Source of the DNA: Felis catus
Lineage: Eukaryota
Assembly (NCBI RefSeq): GCF_018350175.1
Contig: NC_058383.1
Span: 30,444,001-30,508,000 of the forward strand
DNA length: 64,000 bases
Reading direction: 5' to 3'
In this document: piece after piece, positions 12,750 to 25,190 of the stretch
How positions within the stretch are numbered: the first letter of the stretch is position 1
How the letters are laid out: the number at the start of each line of letters is the position of its first letter
The notes under the pieces: model-generated
Databases searched by the model: none
Told to the model about the DNA's origin: nothing
Seen by the model: the letters and a program-made list of their open reading frames with translations, nothing else
Position numbers and translations under genes: made by a program

Positions 12750-13500
12750 AAGCTGCTAATTCATAGGAAAAGAAATATGAACAACTAAGAAGCATATGAA
12801 AAGTACTCAACTCCTTACTAATCAAAGAAAATGCAAATTAAAACAACAGGGGAGCATTTTTGTTGTTGTTGTTACAAATTAGCGAAGGGTTTCAACACCA
12901 TCATTTTCCAAGCTAGGTGGAGTGTCGTGGTATGGGTACCCATGTTGGAAGAATGGTGTTTCTGCATTTCTGGACAGCAATTTGACACTGTGTTTCAAGG
13001 GCCCTCCGAGAGGGGGTAATCTTTGACTCAGCAATTCCCTTTCTAGAAACCACAGAAGCTCTGTCAGTCCAATGTGCTTGGTTTAATGGACAGGATGGCC
13101 ATCACGAAGAATGTCTACGACCAAGGCCAGTCATGCACAGCACAAATGACACTTGGGGTCTCTGCTGCTGAGCCACCCTATGCATCCTGGGATGCTTAGC
13201 AGCATTCCTGGCCTCCACCTGCTAGTGGTCAAGAGCACACCCACTCGCCTACCCACCACCAGTCACAACAAGCACAACTGTCTTGAGACATTGCCAAATG
13301 TTCCCTGGGGTGCAAAATCCCCATGGAAAACCACTGATTTAAGAATAACCACTTAAGCCACCCGTCTGTCCAATTATAACAAAAGGGTCAAATAATTTAT
13401 GGTCTGTTCATATGATGGAATATTACGGAGACATTTAAAATGTTGCTTTTAAGAGGTATTTAATGGCATGGAAACCTAATCATAACAAAATGGCATGGGG
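12750..13500 (+). mobile_element. Old L1M ORF2-end/3' remnant interrupted by MER20
   Basis: actaatcaaagaaaatgcaaattaaaacaaca; ctttgactcagcaattcccttt; atgatggaatattac. Confidence 0.7.
13165..13337. mobile_element. MER20-like hAT-Charlie MITE (partial)
   Basis: ggatgcttagcagcattcctggcctccacc...agacattgccaaatgttccctggggtgcaaaatc...aaccactg. Confidence 0.8.
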
Positions 13501-13552
13501 GGAGAGAAAATTAATTAGACGTGTATTCTTAGGAAAACAGACTAGGTGGAGT

Positions 13553-13782
13553 GGGGCACCTGGGTAGCTGAGTCGGTTAAGCACCCGACTTCCACTCAGG
13601 TCAGGATCTCACAGTTGGTGGGTTTGAACCCCATGTCGTCGGGCTCTGTGCTGATGGCTCAGAACCTGGAGCCTGCTTCACATTCTGTGTCTCCCTCTCT
13701 CTCTGCCCCTCCCCCCGCTCACACTCTATGTCTTGCTCCCTCTCCTTCAAAAATAAATAAACATTAAAAAAAATTTTTTTAA
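13553..13782 (+). mobile_element. Can-SINE
   Basis: TSD aaaacagactaggtgga/aaaacagactaagtgga. Confidence 0.93.
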
Positions 13783-14124
13783 AAAACAGACTAAGTGGAA
13801 ATAAAGCAAATGCCCACGTCCATTTTCTTTAGGTAGTAGGATGAAAAAGCAGTTTTTGTTTCTTTTTTCAAAACAGCTACAGGTTCTATAAGCTCAGAGA
13901 ATGGATTTCTAGTCTGAAAAGCCTGGCTTTAAATCCCAGCAGTGCCACTTTCTAGCACTTATTCTTACTAACTCTTAAGCTCCGAATTGCTGTGACCTCA
14001 TCCACCACATGGGATAACCGCGTGGTAACGCACGTAAATGCCTAGGAAGGCGGCTGGCAAGTCGTTAAGAATTCAGATAAAAGCTAGTTCTCATTAACAG
14101 GAACTACATTTTAATTCAACTTTC

Positions 14125-14204
14125 TCTTTTTTTATTTTAAATGTTTTTAGTGTTTATTTATTTTTGAGAGAGAGAGCGAGCGAGTGCGAGTGGGGGAAGA
14201 GCAG

Positions 14205-14291
<87 letters not shown>

Positions 14292-14424
14292 CACAGAATA
14301 TGCAGCAGGCTCCAGGCTTAGACTGTAAACACACAGCCCAACACAGGGCTCGAACGCTTGAACTGCGAGATCATGACCTCAGCCTAAGCTGGATGTTTAA
14401 CCGGCTGAGCCACCCAGGCGCCCC
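14125..14424 (-). mobile_element. Can-SINE with an expanded internal (GA)n tract
   Basis: Antisense SINE ending gagccacccaggcgcccc; GA tract about 14200-14282. Confidence 0.93.
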
Positions 14425-15569
14425 AAAACCTTTTTCTTAAAAAGAAAACAAATACACGGCACCAAGCCAGGAGGAGCTCGTCTGATTTCTCCAGGGGGAA
14501 AGATGCTATCTGACAATGCGTGGTCACTGGTGCTTGGGGACTTGGCATTGGGCAGAACTCTTAGTGGTAGAATAAAGACAGGGATGAAAAATCTGCCTGG
14601 CAGAAGGGCACAGCCTGTAGGAAAATGTTGTCTGAATTGGGCAGAGAGAGACCTTCAAAGCAAGAGTATGGAAATGTCAATGGTCATGAAGAGTTGACCT
14701 AACAGTTAAAACAGCCAATGAAAGGCCTTACAAAGAGGCAGGGGAATCAAGTCTGAGAATGTTACTGGGCATACAGTGGTCCCTTGAGACTACAGAGCCT
14801 GGAGAGTTGGGAGTCCCAGGTAATTGCAGGGAAATCTAAGAGGACCATGGGCATGGCCATAGGGACATCCTGAAAGAATCTGGACACTTGGCTTCAAGAT
14901 CTTCCTGCCTGTCCCGCAACTTCCTTTTCCTCTTTGGGTCTCTGACTACTGACGTAATTAGACAAGTAGAATAGCTTTGTGTGTGAGCATAGGAAAGCTG
15001 GGGACCCACCACCTAGAGATGAATCCTGGGTCCACTATGTACTAGCTCTTGTACCTCTGAGCAAGTTGCTTACTTTATGCAGGTAGTAACCCTTCATTTC
15101 CACATCTACAAGAGGCAGATGCTGGAACTGATGCTGGGTAAACTGGTTTGCACACTGGAGGTAGCATCTAGCAAGTCCTCACTAAAATGGCAGTTCTCAT
15201 TTTGTTTCCTCCCAACGTAGACTTAGAACCTTCCTCAACATGGAATTGGTCCTTCTGAAACTTCAAACACGGGCTAGATCAGTGGGAAGATGCACAAAGA
15301 ACGAGAGACAACAGCTCCTTGGCCCCATCACCTGCTCTGGGGATCGCACACGGTCTCTGCCCACAATGCTCTCTTCCCTTCAGCACCCACTGACCGGTGC
15401 TGGGTCCCAGAGAGCTGCGAGGGATCCTGAGAAGGTCAAGAAACAGCCCGTTGGCCTCAGGTGGCTCAGAGTCCCGTGGCCAAGACAGAGATGGAAGGCA
15501 AGACGCACGTTAGTCAAGTGTGGTAGCAGCTATTGAGTGGAGGACACAAGGTCAGATCATGGTTAGCAC

Positions 15570-15795
15570 TCGGGCCCTGAAGTCATAGTCCCTGGTTTTA
15601 ACTCCAGATCTGATCAGCCATGTGAACTGGACAAGAAACTTCACCTCTCTAAGGCTCAGTATTTCACCTGTAAAATGGGGAGAATAACAATAGTGCGTCT
15701 CCCACTTAGGATCGTCGGCAGGACAAAATAAGGGGAAGCCTTTGGGATCGCGCCTAGCACACAAGTGAGTGATTAATGAATGTGAGTAACTAGCA
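15570..15795 (+). mobile_element. MIR SINE
   Basis: acttcacctctctaaggctcagtatttcacctgtaaaatgggg core. Confidence 0.8.
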
Positions 15796-16197
15796 CTCCT
15801 GAAATCTGGGTGACTAGATGTATGGATCCTGGAAAGACAGTCTGATTCCCTGATTCCCCGATTCCCCGACCTGCAGAGAAATGAAATCCTTTCAGCAGGA
15901 ATCAGGCTGAAATATATCCAGTCTGATATATCTTCCAATATCCACTCTGGGAAGGCCTCGGGGCTCATGACCTCACACATCTGAACTCCCCCTCCACCTC
16001 ACCACCCAGATCTACAGGAAACTTTCTCAGGAATTACGATATACACTGTCATTGTTTCCACCACCTCCCCCCCCCCCCAAACACAAACAACTCATGGCTG
16101 TAAAGAGTAATTCATCCATTCACTACATGGAAAGGGAATTCTAAATCAATTGTAAAGACAATACCACACTGTACCCTACCACACATACACACAAAAG

Positions 16198-16600
<403 letters not shown>

Positions 16601-17013
16601 AATGGAGAAAGCCAGTCCTTCAGCACCACCAGGAAAGGGTGAATGGGGAATAACCATGGTCAGGGCAGGACTGACTGAGGACAAACAGGTACTGCACACC
16701 TGAGCACACTCTCTCCTGGCCTCACCAGAGCAGACAGGTGACAGGTGTCTCCCTATGACTATGCCACCAGCACACCTGCTTGCCCCGAAGCCCCCTGGGG
16801 TCACTGTGGGTGAGCCTCAAGCTGAATGGACTCATGTGTCTTGCTGACTTCCAACAGAAGCCCATTCTTCCTTTCCCTGGCATGAGTCTGGACGTTTGGG
16901 CAGACAGAAGTGCTTGAGGGTTTTGTTAAACAAGGGAGGCTTTGTGATGTCTGGGAGAAGCGCCACCACAAGATGACAAATTTGGGCCAGCCTGCCTGCC
17001 ATTCTCAATTCCT

Positions 17014-17066
<53 letters not shown>
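17014..17066. repeat. (CA)n microsatellite
   Basis: About 26 units with one TA interruption. Confidence 0.97.
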
Positions 17067-18032
17067 TTCTGGGTAACCCCGTGTGTGCCTGCTTGACACA
17101 CAATATTTAATAACCCTGACATTGCATCTACTGACCAATCAGAAAGGACACCGACCATAGCATTGGAGAAGGTTCTGGAAGTACACTGTCGTTACCCTTT
17201 TAGTTAAAAAAAATCTTGGGAAGGTTTAGAGGATCTACGGGAAGGGCCAAGGTGGCAGGTGGGCACTTAGGGCGCCAGGGCAATAGCTATTTCCCAAATG
17301 GCAAGGAAGCACTTCAATATTTAAATACCGCTCATGGCCATACCCGTGTGTACCAGCTGTCCTAGACCGGGTGTCCCGTGGGTGACCTACGAAGAAACTG
17401 CTCCCAGAGAAAGACAAAAACGGACAAACAAACATATAACAATAACGAACCAGTAAGAAAGCAACTGAAGCGGAACAAAGAAAGGAAAGGGGGACAGGAT
17501 CTAGGGTAAAAACTGGCCCCACTGATGGCCTGATCCAGGGCAAGAGAATTGGGCTCTCAATTCTTGCGCCCGGCAGTCATGAGTTCAGGGCTGTCCTGGG
17601 AGCAGGATACAAACTGTCAGGCGTCTTTGGCTCCTGTGAGCCAAGCATGTGAGCGAAACAGCTCCAGGAGCAGCTGGGAAAGTCCTCTGAACAAGAATCA
17701 CTGGTACTGGCTGTTGCCAACAAAAGCACAGGAAAGTCCAAGGTTGGATCCCACAAGAATGGTAGTAATGATAATAATTATAATTTTTAAAAATAAAAAT
17801 ACAAAAACATGTTTGAACAAAATCCAGTATTTTCAGCGTGAAAAGAAAAATTAGCAGACCTGGGTGGAGTGCCGACATTGTCCATGACACCAGCTGGATG
17901 TCAGTCCAAGCCCTTAGGTGGGGGAGGGAATGCATATAAATGATGACTATGGGAGATAAATGGTATATAGGGTAGCAGAGGGTACCTGCTCAGGTGGTTA
18001 ACATTTCTCCTCTCAGGTAATTCATTTCTGTG

Positions 18033-18060
18033 TTTTTAAATGTTTATTTTTATTTTTGAC

Positions 18061-18092
<32 letters not shown>

Positions 18093-18255
18093 AGCAGGAG
18101 AGGGGCAGAGAGAGAGAGACACACAGAATCGGAAGCAGGCTCCATCCTCTAAGCTGTCAGCACAGAGCCCAATGCGGGGCTCGAACTCACGAACCGTGAG
18201 ATCATGACCTGCGTTGAAGTTGGATGCTTAACCGACTGAGCCACCCAGGCGCCCC
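18033..18255 (-). mobile_element. Can-SINE
   Basis: Antisense SINE; TSD ggtaattcatttc/ggcaattcatttc. Confidence 0.93.
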
Positions 18256-18559
18256 TCTGGCAATTCATTTCCAAATGAACTCCTGGCCTCCAGTCTCACT
18301 CCCTTCAATAGTAAAGAGTGATAAGAGTTAAAACTTACAGAATGCCATTGGGCAGACCACATGTCCAACCTCACCACACTTTGCAAGGTGATCATATTCT
18401 TCCCATTTTACAGAGGAGCACACTGAGGCTAGGAACGTTTGAGAGACTTGGACAAAGTTTCACAACCAGTAAGTGGTAAGAGAGAAAGTCCAGGATCTCA
18501 AGTTCGCCAGACAATACACCTTACGTTCTCTCTAACCCCCACCCCCACCAACACTACCT

Positions 18560-18980
18560 CGTTTGGGTGCAAACATAATCCAGAAGCAGACCCTGAGAGG
18601 AGGATTTACTTGCAATTCAGGTAATGTGCAACACATTTTCCAGAAACTGCTCACAGCAAAAACGGGTAAGGGAGCAGACAAAACAGGACAGGGAAGGGGG
18701 AGAGGTTGAGCAAGGGGCAATTTCAGGGAATGTGCCAACCTCATCCTGAGCCTCTTTGTAGTTCTGATGTGAACACGAGACCTCAGAGTTAGTTCCAACT
18801 CAAGGTTAAGAGAACTGGGCCCCACAGGCCTGCATCACTCAGGTACTGGGGGCATGCAGGCTCCCAGGCAGAAAGGATCCAGCTAACTGCCCGAAGGGGT
18901 CCTTCAAAGACTCACAGGAGCAGACCAGGGGAAGCAGAGCCCACAGAGCTATGCCAAAGCAACTGGAGGAGAGGCGACAA
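18560..18980. mobile_element. ERVL solo LTR remnant, LTR16-like
   Basis: ccagaagcagaccctgagaggaggattt motif recalled from the LTR16 family. Confidence 0.5.
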
Positions 18981-19819
18981 CACACTCGCCTCCATCATTC
19001 TTCCCCAAGCCCAGCAGCACTCTCCCGAGCCCTAGGCTTTAAACCCCAAGAACCAACTTCCCCGCCGTCTAGTGGAAAGAAGGCTCCCTTCCTGAAGTTA
19101 TAAAGATCATCTCGAAGACTGTTTCCAAGAGCCGATTACCTAAGCGTGGCTCTGATAGAAGGAAAGTATCGCATTTTACACCTCTATAGAGAGAGAGACG
19201 TAATTGAGTAACTTGCTCCTGGATCTTCAGCTCTCTTCATACATGGATCAGTAAATAAGAGAGAATTCGACTGTTCACAGAACTTCAGCAAATTGAGCTC
19301 ATATTTGGGGGCAAAATAAAAGGCCGCTAAGATTTAATACGAAATCCTTCCACAAGGAAAATGATTGAATACATTACAAGGGCTTTAATTTTCACCATGG
19401 TAGATATTGAATATGCCTTTCATTTTTTTTTCCTGCCGCTCAGTACCTCTGTTCATTTCCTTGATGCTTGAGGCTTCGATATTGAGGAAGCTTAAAGAGC
19501 TACGAATCAGTGTATTGGCAACGGAGCGACAAGGGCAAGGTGGCAGGAAGGCTGGGAATGCTGGGATTACACGAATGCCAGATCCCCGTATGGGGAGTCC
19601 AAGGTGGGTTTGAGCTTGGAAATCAACATTGCCTACCAAGTATTGAAGCAAATAACACCAACAGCCGAAGAGAACGGATGCCAATATGGAGTCATAAACA
19701 GGAGCCACCGCTAAGAGCCAACAGGCACTCATTACCTTAATCATGTACCATTGGGTTGTAAGAAACAGAAACCCAGTCAAACCAGCTTGAACTAAAGGGG
19801 ATTTAAATTGGAAGAATCA

Positions 19820-20070
19820 GGGGCGCCTGGGTGGCGCAGTCGGTTAAGCGTCCGACTTCAGCCAGGTCACGATCTCGCGGTCCGGGAGTTCGAGCCCCGC
19901 GTCAGGCTCTGGGCTGATGGCTCGGAGCCTGGAGCCTGTTTCCGATTCTGTGTCTCCCTCTCTCTCTGCCCCTCCCCCGTTCATGCTCTGTCTCTCTCTG
20001 TCCCAAAAATAAAATAAACGTTGAAAAAAAAATTTATGAAAAAAAAATTTATAAAAAAAAATGTAAATTT
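19820..20070 (+). mobile_element. Young felid Can-SINE, copy 1 of a tandem triplet
   Basis: Near-consensus with intact CpGs; preceded by TSD atttaaattggaagaatcag. Confidence 0.97.
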
Positions 20071-20305
20071 GGGGCGCCTGGGTGGCGCAGTCGGTTAAGC
20101 GTCCGACTTCAGCCAGGTCACGATCTCGCGGTCCGTGAGTTCGAGCCCCGCCTCGGGCTCTGGGCTGATGGCTCAGAGCCTGGAGCCTGTTTCCGATTCT
20201 GTGTCTCCCTCTCTCTCTGCCCTTCCCCCATTCATGCTCTGTCTCTCTCTGTCCCAAAAATAAAATAAACGTTGAAAAAAAATTTATAAAAAAAAATGTA
20301 AATTT
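20071..20305 (+). mobile_element. Young felid Can-SINE, copy 2 of a tandem triplet
   Basis: Full head-to-tail copy. Confidence 0.97.
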
Positions 20306-20527
20306 GGGGCGCCTGGGTGGCGCAGTCGGTTAAGCGTCCGACTTCAGCCAGGTCACGATCTCGCGGTCCGTGAGTTCGAGCCCCGCGTCGGGCTCTGGGC
20401 TGATGGCTCGGAGCCTGGAGCCTGTTTCCGATTCTGTGTCTCCCTCTCTCTCTGCCCCTCCCCCGTTCATGCTCTGTCTCTCTCTGTCCCAAAAATAAAT
20501 AAACGTTGGAAAAAAAGAAAAAAAAAA
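20306..20527 (+). mobile_element. Young felid Can-SINE, copy 3 of a tandem triplet
   Basis: Full copy followed by TSD atttaaattggaagaatcag. Confidence 0.97.
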
Positions 20528-21189
20528 TTTAAATTGGAAGAATCAGAGGGCACAGAGCAGAGCTCAATACGGTAAATAACCAGAAAGTTAACACTCAAAA
20601 GTACTTTGTCCTCTGTGACGCCAAGTGAAAACAAATGTTTTCTGAGGCCCTACTACATGTCAGGCATTGTGCCAAATGCTTGACCTGTCTCTCGCAGTTA
20701 ACCCACACAGACAGTCTCTGAGGTGCAAACATCCCCATTTTTCAGAGGGCGAAACTGAGGCTCCAAGAGGTCCAAGGAAATTCCTCAAGGTTTCACCGCT
20801 CTTTATGTTGATTTAATTAATTTTCCTTTTTACGGAATTTGAATTAATTTAAACGTAAATGGCTACATGTGACTAACGGTGCCATATTAGGCAGCCACCC
20901 TTAACGGTTCCCGAATGGTGTCTGGAGGCACCCTTAAGGCTGACTCCACCCCCAACTGGCTGCACGACCCTGACCAGAGTTCCATGACCTCTCTGTACCT
21001 CAGTTTTCTCATTCGCCATATGGGAATGATGCTGAGGTCTCCCCAGAGCACCGGAGGATGAAGCGAGTGGGTGCATGTGAAGCGGTCAGAGCGGTGCCTG
21101 GCACACAGGAACCACTGAACAAGCATCAGTGCAGGAAGATGGACAGAAGTCAGAGGTGTTGAGTGGGGTGGCCTCCGTAGAGTCCCATA

Positions 21190-21585
21190 GCAACAGACGG
21201 TTGCCTAGGGCCGCCATGACAGAGTCCCATAGGCTGGGCAGTATGAACAACAGAAATGTATTCTCTCTCCCTTCCAGAGGCTGGAAGTCCAAGGTCAAGT
21301 GTCAGGAGGGAGAGCTGCTTTCTTCTGAGGCTTGCAGATGGCCGTCTTCTCCCTGTGTCCCCATATGGCCTTCTCTCTTTATGACTGTGTCCTAATCTCC
21401 TCTCCCTATAAGGACGCCAGGCACACTGGATCAGAGCCCACCCATAAGATCCATTTTAACACAGTGAGCCCTCTAAAGACTCAGTTTCCAAATACAGTCA
21501 TGCTGTGAAGTAATGGGTGTCAGGACTTAAATATATGAATTGGCGGGGGGGGGGAGGGGCACACAATTTATGTTCTAACAAAGTT
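21190..21585 (-). mobile_element. MaLR solo LTR (MLT1B/C-like)
   Basis: ctagggccgccatgaca...acaacagaaatgtattctctc...ggctggaagtccaaggtcaag...ccaaatacagtca. Confidence 0.85.
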
Positions 21586-22013
21586 ACAGCAGGCAGCAGA
21601 TCAAGACTGCCAATTCCATTCTGATCACAGGCTGCGCTAGCCTGGCTGCGGGATCGTTCCCCTGGGGATCCACCCTGGAGGAACCAGAGAGGAAAGCAGA
21701 GGACTGGGCAGGAGTTGCTGGAGCGGCTAGGGGCTAATCTGGATGGGGGAAAGTGGGGAATGACTGGGATTTGAGGCAGAAGCGGCTTAGCATGGCTGTA
21801 GGAAGATAAACCAGAAGGGCAGCTATAAGAATTTGGCCCCCAGGGCTCCCCTACCATTGCCCTGGGGCAAACAGCACCTGCCCCATTGTCGCCCAACTCA
21901 GGCCTCCCATCCGGATGCTGTCAGAGGTAAAATCAGGGCAAGGGAAGGCTGTGTGCTTATAGGGTGCTGAAAAAAGCAGGTGGCACCTAAGTCACCTCAA
22001 AGAAGTAGACCTT

Positions 22014-22232
22014 GTGGCGCCTGGGTGGCTTTAGCTTGTTAAGCGTCAGACTTCACCTGAGGTCATGATCTCACAGTTTGTGGGTTTGAGCCCCGCATCA
22101 GGCTCTGTGCTGACAGCTCAGAGCCTGGAGCCTGCTTGGGATTCTGTGTCTGTCTCTCTCTCTGCCCCTCCCTTGCTTATGCTATGTCTCTCTCTTCCTC
22201 AAAATTAAATAAACATTAAAATTTTTAAAAAG
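22014..22232 (+). mobile_element. Can-SINE
   Basis: Head, CT tract, tail running into (GGAA)n. Confidence 0.92.
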
Positions 22233-22342
22233 AAGGAAGGAAGGAAGGAAGGAAGGAAGGAAGGAAGGAAGGAAGGAAGGAAGGAAGGAAGAAGGAAGGA
22301 AGGAAGGAAGGAAGGAAGGAAGGAAGGAAGGAAGGAAGGAAG
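22233..22342. repeat. (GGAA)n microsatellite at a SINE tail
   Basis: About 27 units with one GAA interruption. Confidence 0.97.
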
Positions 22343-22807
22343 TTGACCTCAAAGAAAGGTGAGGACTTCTCGCCCTTCAAACCCCCAAAAGCGTCTCCTC
22401 CTCTGTTGCCGCCCTGATGGCACAGTGATGCCTGAAAAGCTGTCTGGAATGGTGAGCGGTGATTGGCTGCGGGTTGCTGGCACCTGGGGTTCTTCAGGCC
22501 AGGGCACCCAGCCCCTACCCTCTGAGCCCTGAGCCCACTGGAGCTAACACTGGGGCCTGACGTTCACCCATCTACACTGCCCGTCACCATAACCCAGTAC
22601 CTTCAGGGTAAAACAAGCCTACACCCCCAAATAGCAAGACATTTGAGGAATACAACCTTTTCAAAAGAAAAACAACACACTGGGTTACAGGTTCCAACAG
22701 AAGAAAAAATATCGGAGCAGTCAGAATTGAAAACTAGTCCTTCGTTAAACGTGTTACAAAGATAAAAAGAAAACATCAGCAATAAAAGATAAGAACAAGA
22801 AACTGTC

Positions 22808-22928
22808 AGGGCGCCCGGGTAGTTCAGTTGGTGGAGACCAACTCTTGATTTCAGCCCAGGTCATGATCCCAGGGTCGTGGGATGGAGCCCCAAGCTGGGC
22901 TCCACGCTAAGCGTGCACCCTGCTTAAG

Positions 22929-22982
<54 letters not shown>

Positions 22983-23062
22983 CCCCCCCCAACGCCCCTC
23001 CTCAACTCATGGTCTTGCACACTCTTGGTCTCTAAAATAAATGAAATGAAAAAAATTTTTTT
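22808..23062 (+). mobile_element. Can-SINE
   Basis: TSD aagaacaagaaa on both sides; long (CT)n and a C run. Confidence 0.92.
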
Positions 23063-23096
23063 AAAGAACAAGAAAATATATAAAACAACCATGTTG

Positions 23097-23290
23097 AGAG
23101 CTACCTGGGTGGCTCATTTGGTTAAGTGACTGACTCTTGATCTCAGCTCAGGCCATGACCTCGTGGCTCAGGAGATCAAGGCCCACAGACCTGTGGCTCT
23201 GCACTGACAGCATGGCGCCTGCTTGGGATTCTCTCTCTCCACCCACCTGCCGACCCCCCTCTCTCTCTCAAAAATAAATAAATAAACTTC
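23097..23290 (+). mobile_element. Older Can-SINE
   Basis: cctgggtggctca head, CT tract, aataaa tail. Confidence 0.88.
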
Positions 23291-23291
23291 A

Positions 23292-23545
23292 GGGGCGTCT
23301 GTGTGGCTCAGTCAGTTAAGCATGAGACTTCAGCTCAGGTCATAATCTCACAGCTCGTGGGCTCAAGCCCCACATCGGGCTCTGTGCTAACAGCTTAGAG
23401 CCTGGAGACTGCTTTGGATTCTGTGTCTGCCTCTCTCTCTGCCTCTCCCCTGGTCCTGTTCTGTCTCTGTCTCTCAAAAATGAATACATTTTTAAAAATA
23501 AATAAATAACATAACATAACATAAAAAACGAATTTAATAAATAAA
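23292..23545 (+). mobile_element. Can-SINE nested in the previous tail
   Basis: ggggcgtctgtgtggctcagtc head; (ACATA)n/(AAAT)n tail. Confidence 0.92.
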
Positions 23546-23549
23546 TAAA

Positions 23550-24350
23550 CCACGTTGGAATATCAGACATGAAAAATGTAATAACTGAAATAAAGATTAC
23601 AATGTGAATAAAGAATACAATGAAATAAAGAACAAACACAGCTAAAGAAAGAATTAATCAACTGGAAGACAAGATTGAGGAAATCTTCTAGAAAGAAGAA
23701 AAAATAAAAAATTACTCTTTAAGTCAACTGATACAGAGGATGGAAAAGAACGCCTAACATCTCACAATAAGAATCCGAGAAAGAGAAAAATAAAAGTAGA
23801 GAAGATTAAGTATCTGAAAAAACACTGGATATGGTGTTCTCAGAAGTTTTTTTTTTTTAAGGTCCAAAGAGGAGAAATGAGGAAAAACATGTATGTTGAC
23901 ATATTAGAGTACAAGTTAAAATTATCAAAACGAAAGAGGAAATTCTAAAAGCTTCCAAGGAGAAAGAGATCACATTTCTAAAATCAAAGAGTCAGAATGA
24001 CATCAGAATTTTCATCAGCATCACTGTATGCGAGAACAAAGTAGCGTTTTCAAAGAATTAAATGGAAAACAACGTAAAAATTAGAATGTTATATCCAAAT
24101 AAGCTGTCATCCAAATATGAAGATATGATAAAAGTATTGTCAGGCACAGAAGACCTCAAAAATGTCACACAGAGCCAGCCCGCAATGGAAAACAATTTGG
24201 AATGAATTATCTAAATAAAGGGAAAGACATATCCAGGAGATGGCAGATAGACTGATATAGCTGACCAACTGTCTTGATGCGGTCTTCAAGGAATGGCTAA
24301 GACCAAATAAAAAGAAATTGTACCCATAAAAACACAGAATTCAAAGCCTC
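23550..24350 (+). mobile_element. Degenerate L1/HAL1-type ORF1 remnant
   Basis: Fragments translate to EEILKASKEK, RVRMTSEFSSASLYAR (23988-24035) and RMLYPNKLSSKYED (24083-24124), resembling L1 ORF1p C-terminal motifs; many frameshifts and stops. Confidence 0.8.
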
Positions 24351-24354
24351 CAGA

Positions 24355-24630
24355 TCCTATTCAAAGTGTGGTCCCTGGACCAGCAGCCGGGGCATCACCT
24401 GGGCTTGTTAAAAATGCAGGAATCGAGGCCCCACCCAAACCTACTGAAACAGAATCTTCATTTTAATACGATCTGCAGGTGATGTAAATACATATTAGAA
24501 TGTGAAAGACATCTGCTTCGGATTCTGTGTCTCCCTCTCTCTCTGCCCCTCCCCTGCTCATGCTCTGTCTCTGTCTCAAAAATAAACAAAAACATTTAAA
24601 AAAAATTTAAAGAATGTGAGAGGCACCAGT
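24355..24630. mobile_element. MER5A-like MITE interrupted by a truncated SINE
   Basis: tcaaagtgtggtccctggaccagcagc...gcatcacctggg...aaatgcag...cctactgaaacagaatct. Confidence 0.85.
24513..24610 (+). mobile_element. 5'-truncated Can-SINE
   Basis: Starts at ctgcttcggattctgtgtc with no tRNA head; TSD agaatgtgaaagacatc/agaatgtgagaggcacc. Confidence 0.88.
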
Positions 24631-24996
24631 CCAATGAAGTCAGTAGTTAGTGGTAAAGAGGGAAGGGCCAAATGGATGGGGAAGTGTGTTAAGTACTCAT
24701 CTTACAAGAGGAGACCTAGAGACATCGATTTGTGAAAAGAAAGCAAGGATTAAAATTTTTTAAGTGAGAAACACTGAAAGAAATTACAACAGATAAACAG
24801 TCAAAACCAATGAACAATGGCAACATGCAATGTTATGGATGAATATTCATTAAATCAGGGACAAAAGGGAAGACCCAAAAGGTGATAAATAACATGATAC
24901 ACCTTTTACAAAAAAAAAAAAAAGCAGTCAAAATAAAAATACAAACATTTAGGAATATAAGGAGAAACAATAAGTATATCAGAAGCAGAGCAAGGA

Positions 24997-25190
24997 GGGA
25001 CGCCTGGGTGGCTCAGTCAGTTGAGCATCTGACTCTTGATTTTGGTTCTGGTCATGTTCTCATGGTCATGAGCCAGAGCCCCAAGTCATCCAAACTCTCG
25101 GCTTGAGGTTCTCTCTATCCATCTCTCTCTGCCCTTCCCACATGTGCACGCTCTCTTTCTCTCTCTCTAAATAAACAAACTTTTAAAAAG
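24997..25190 (+). mobile_element. Can-SINE
   Basis: gggacgcctgggtggctcagtc head, CT tract, tail. Confidence 0.9.

Noticed and set aside
17538..17571. Hairpin gggcaagagaattg...caattcttgcgccc as a miRNA or terminator
   Set aside because: Only about 7 bp pair perfectly, which is too short for a pre-miRNA.
19808..20492. Recurring ORFs such as MNGGGAEREGDTESETGSRL... and MGQRETEHERGRGR... (also at 70-291, 5923-6261, 58860-59144, 61154-61515)
   Set aside because: They are translations of Can-SINE sequence on either strand, not genes.
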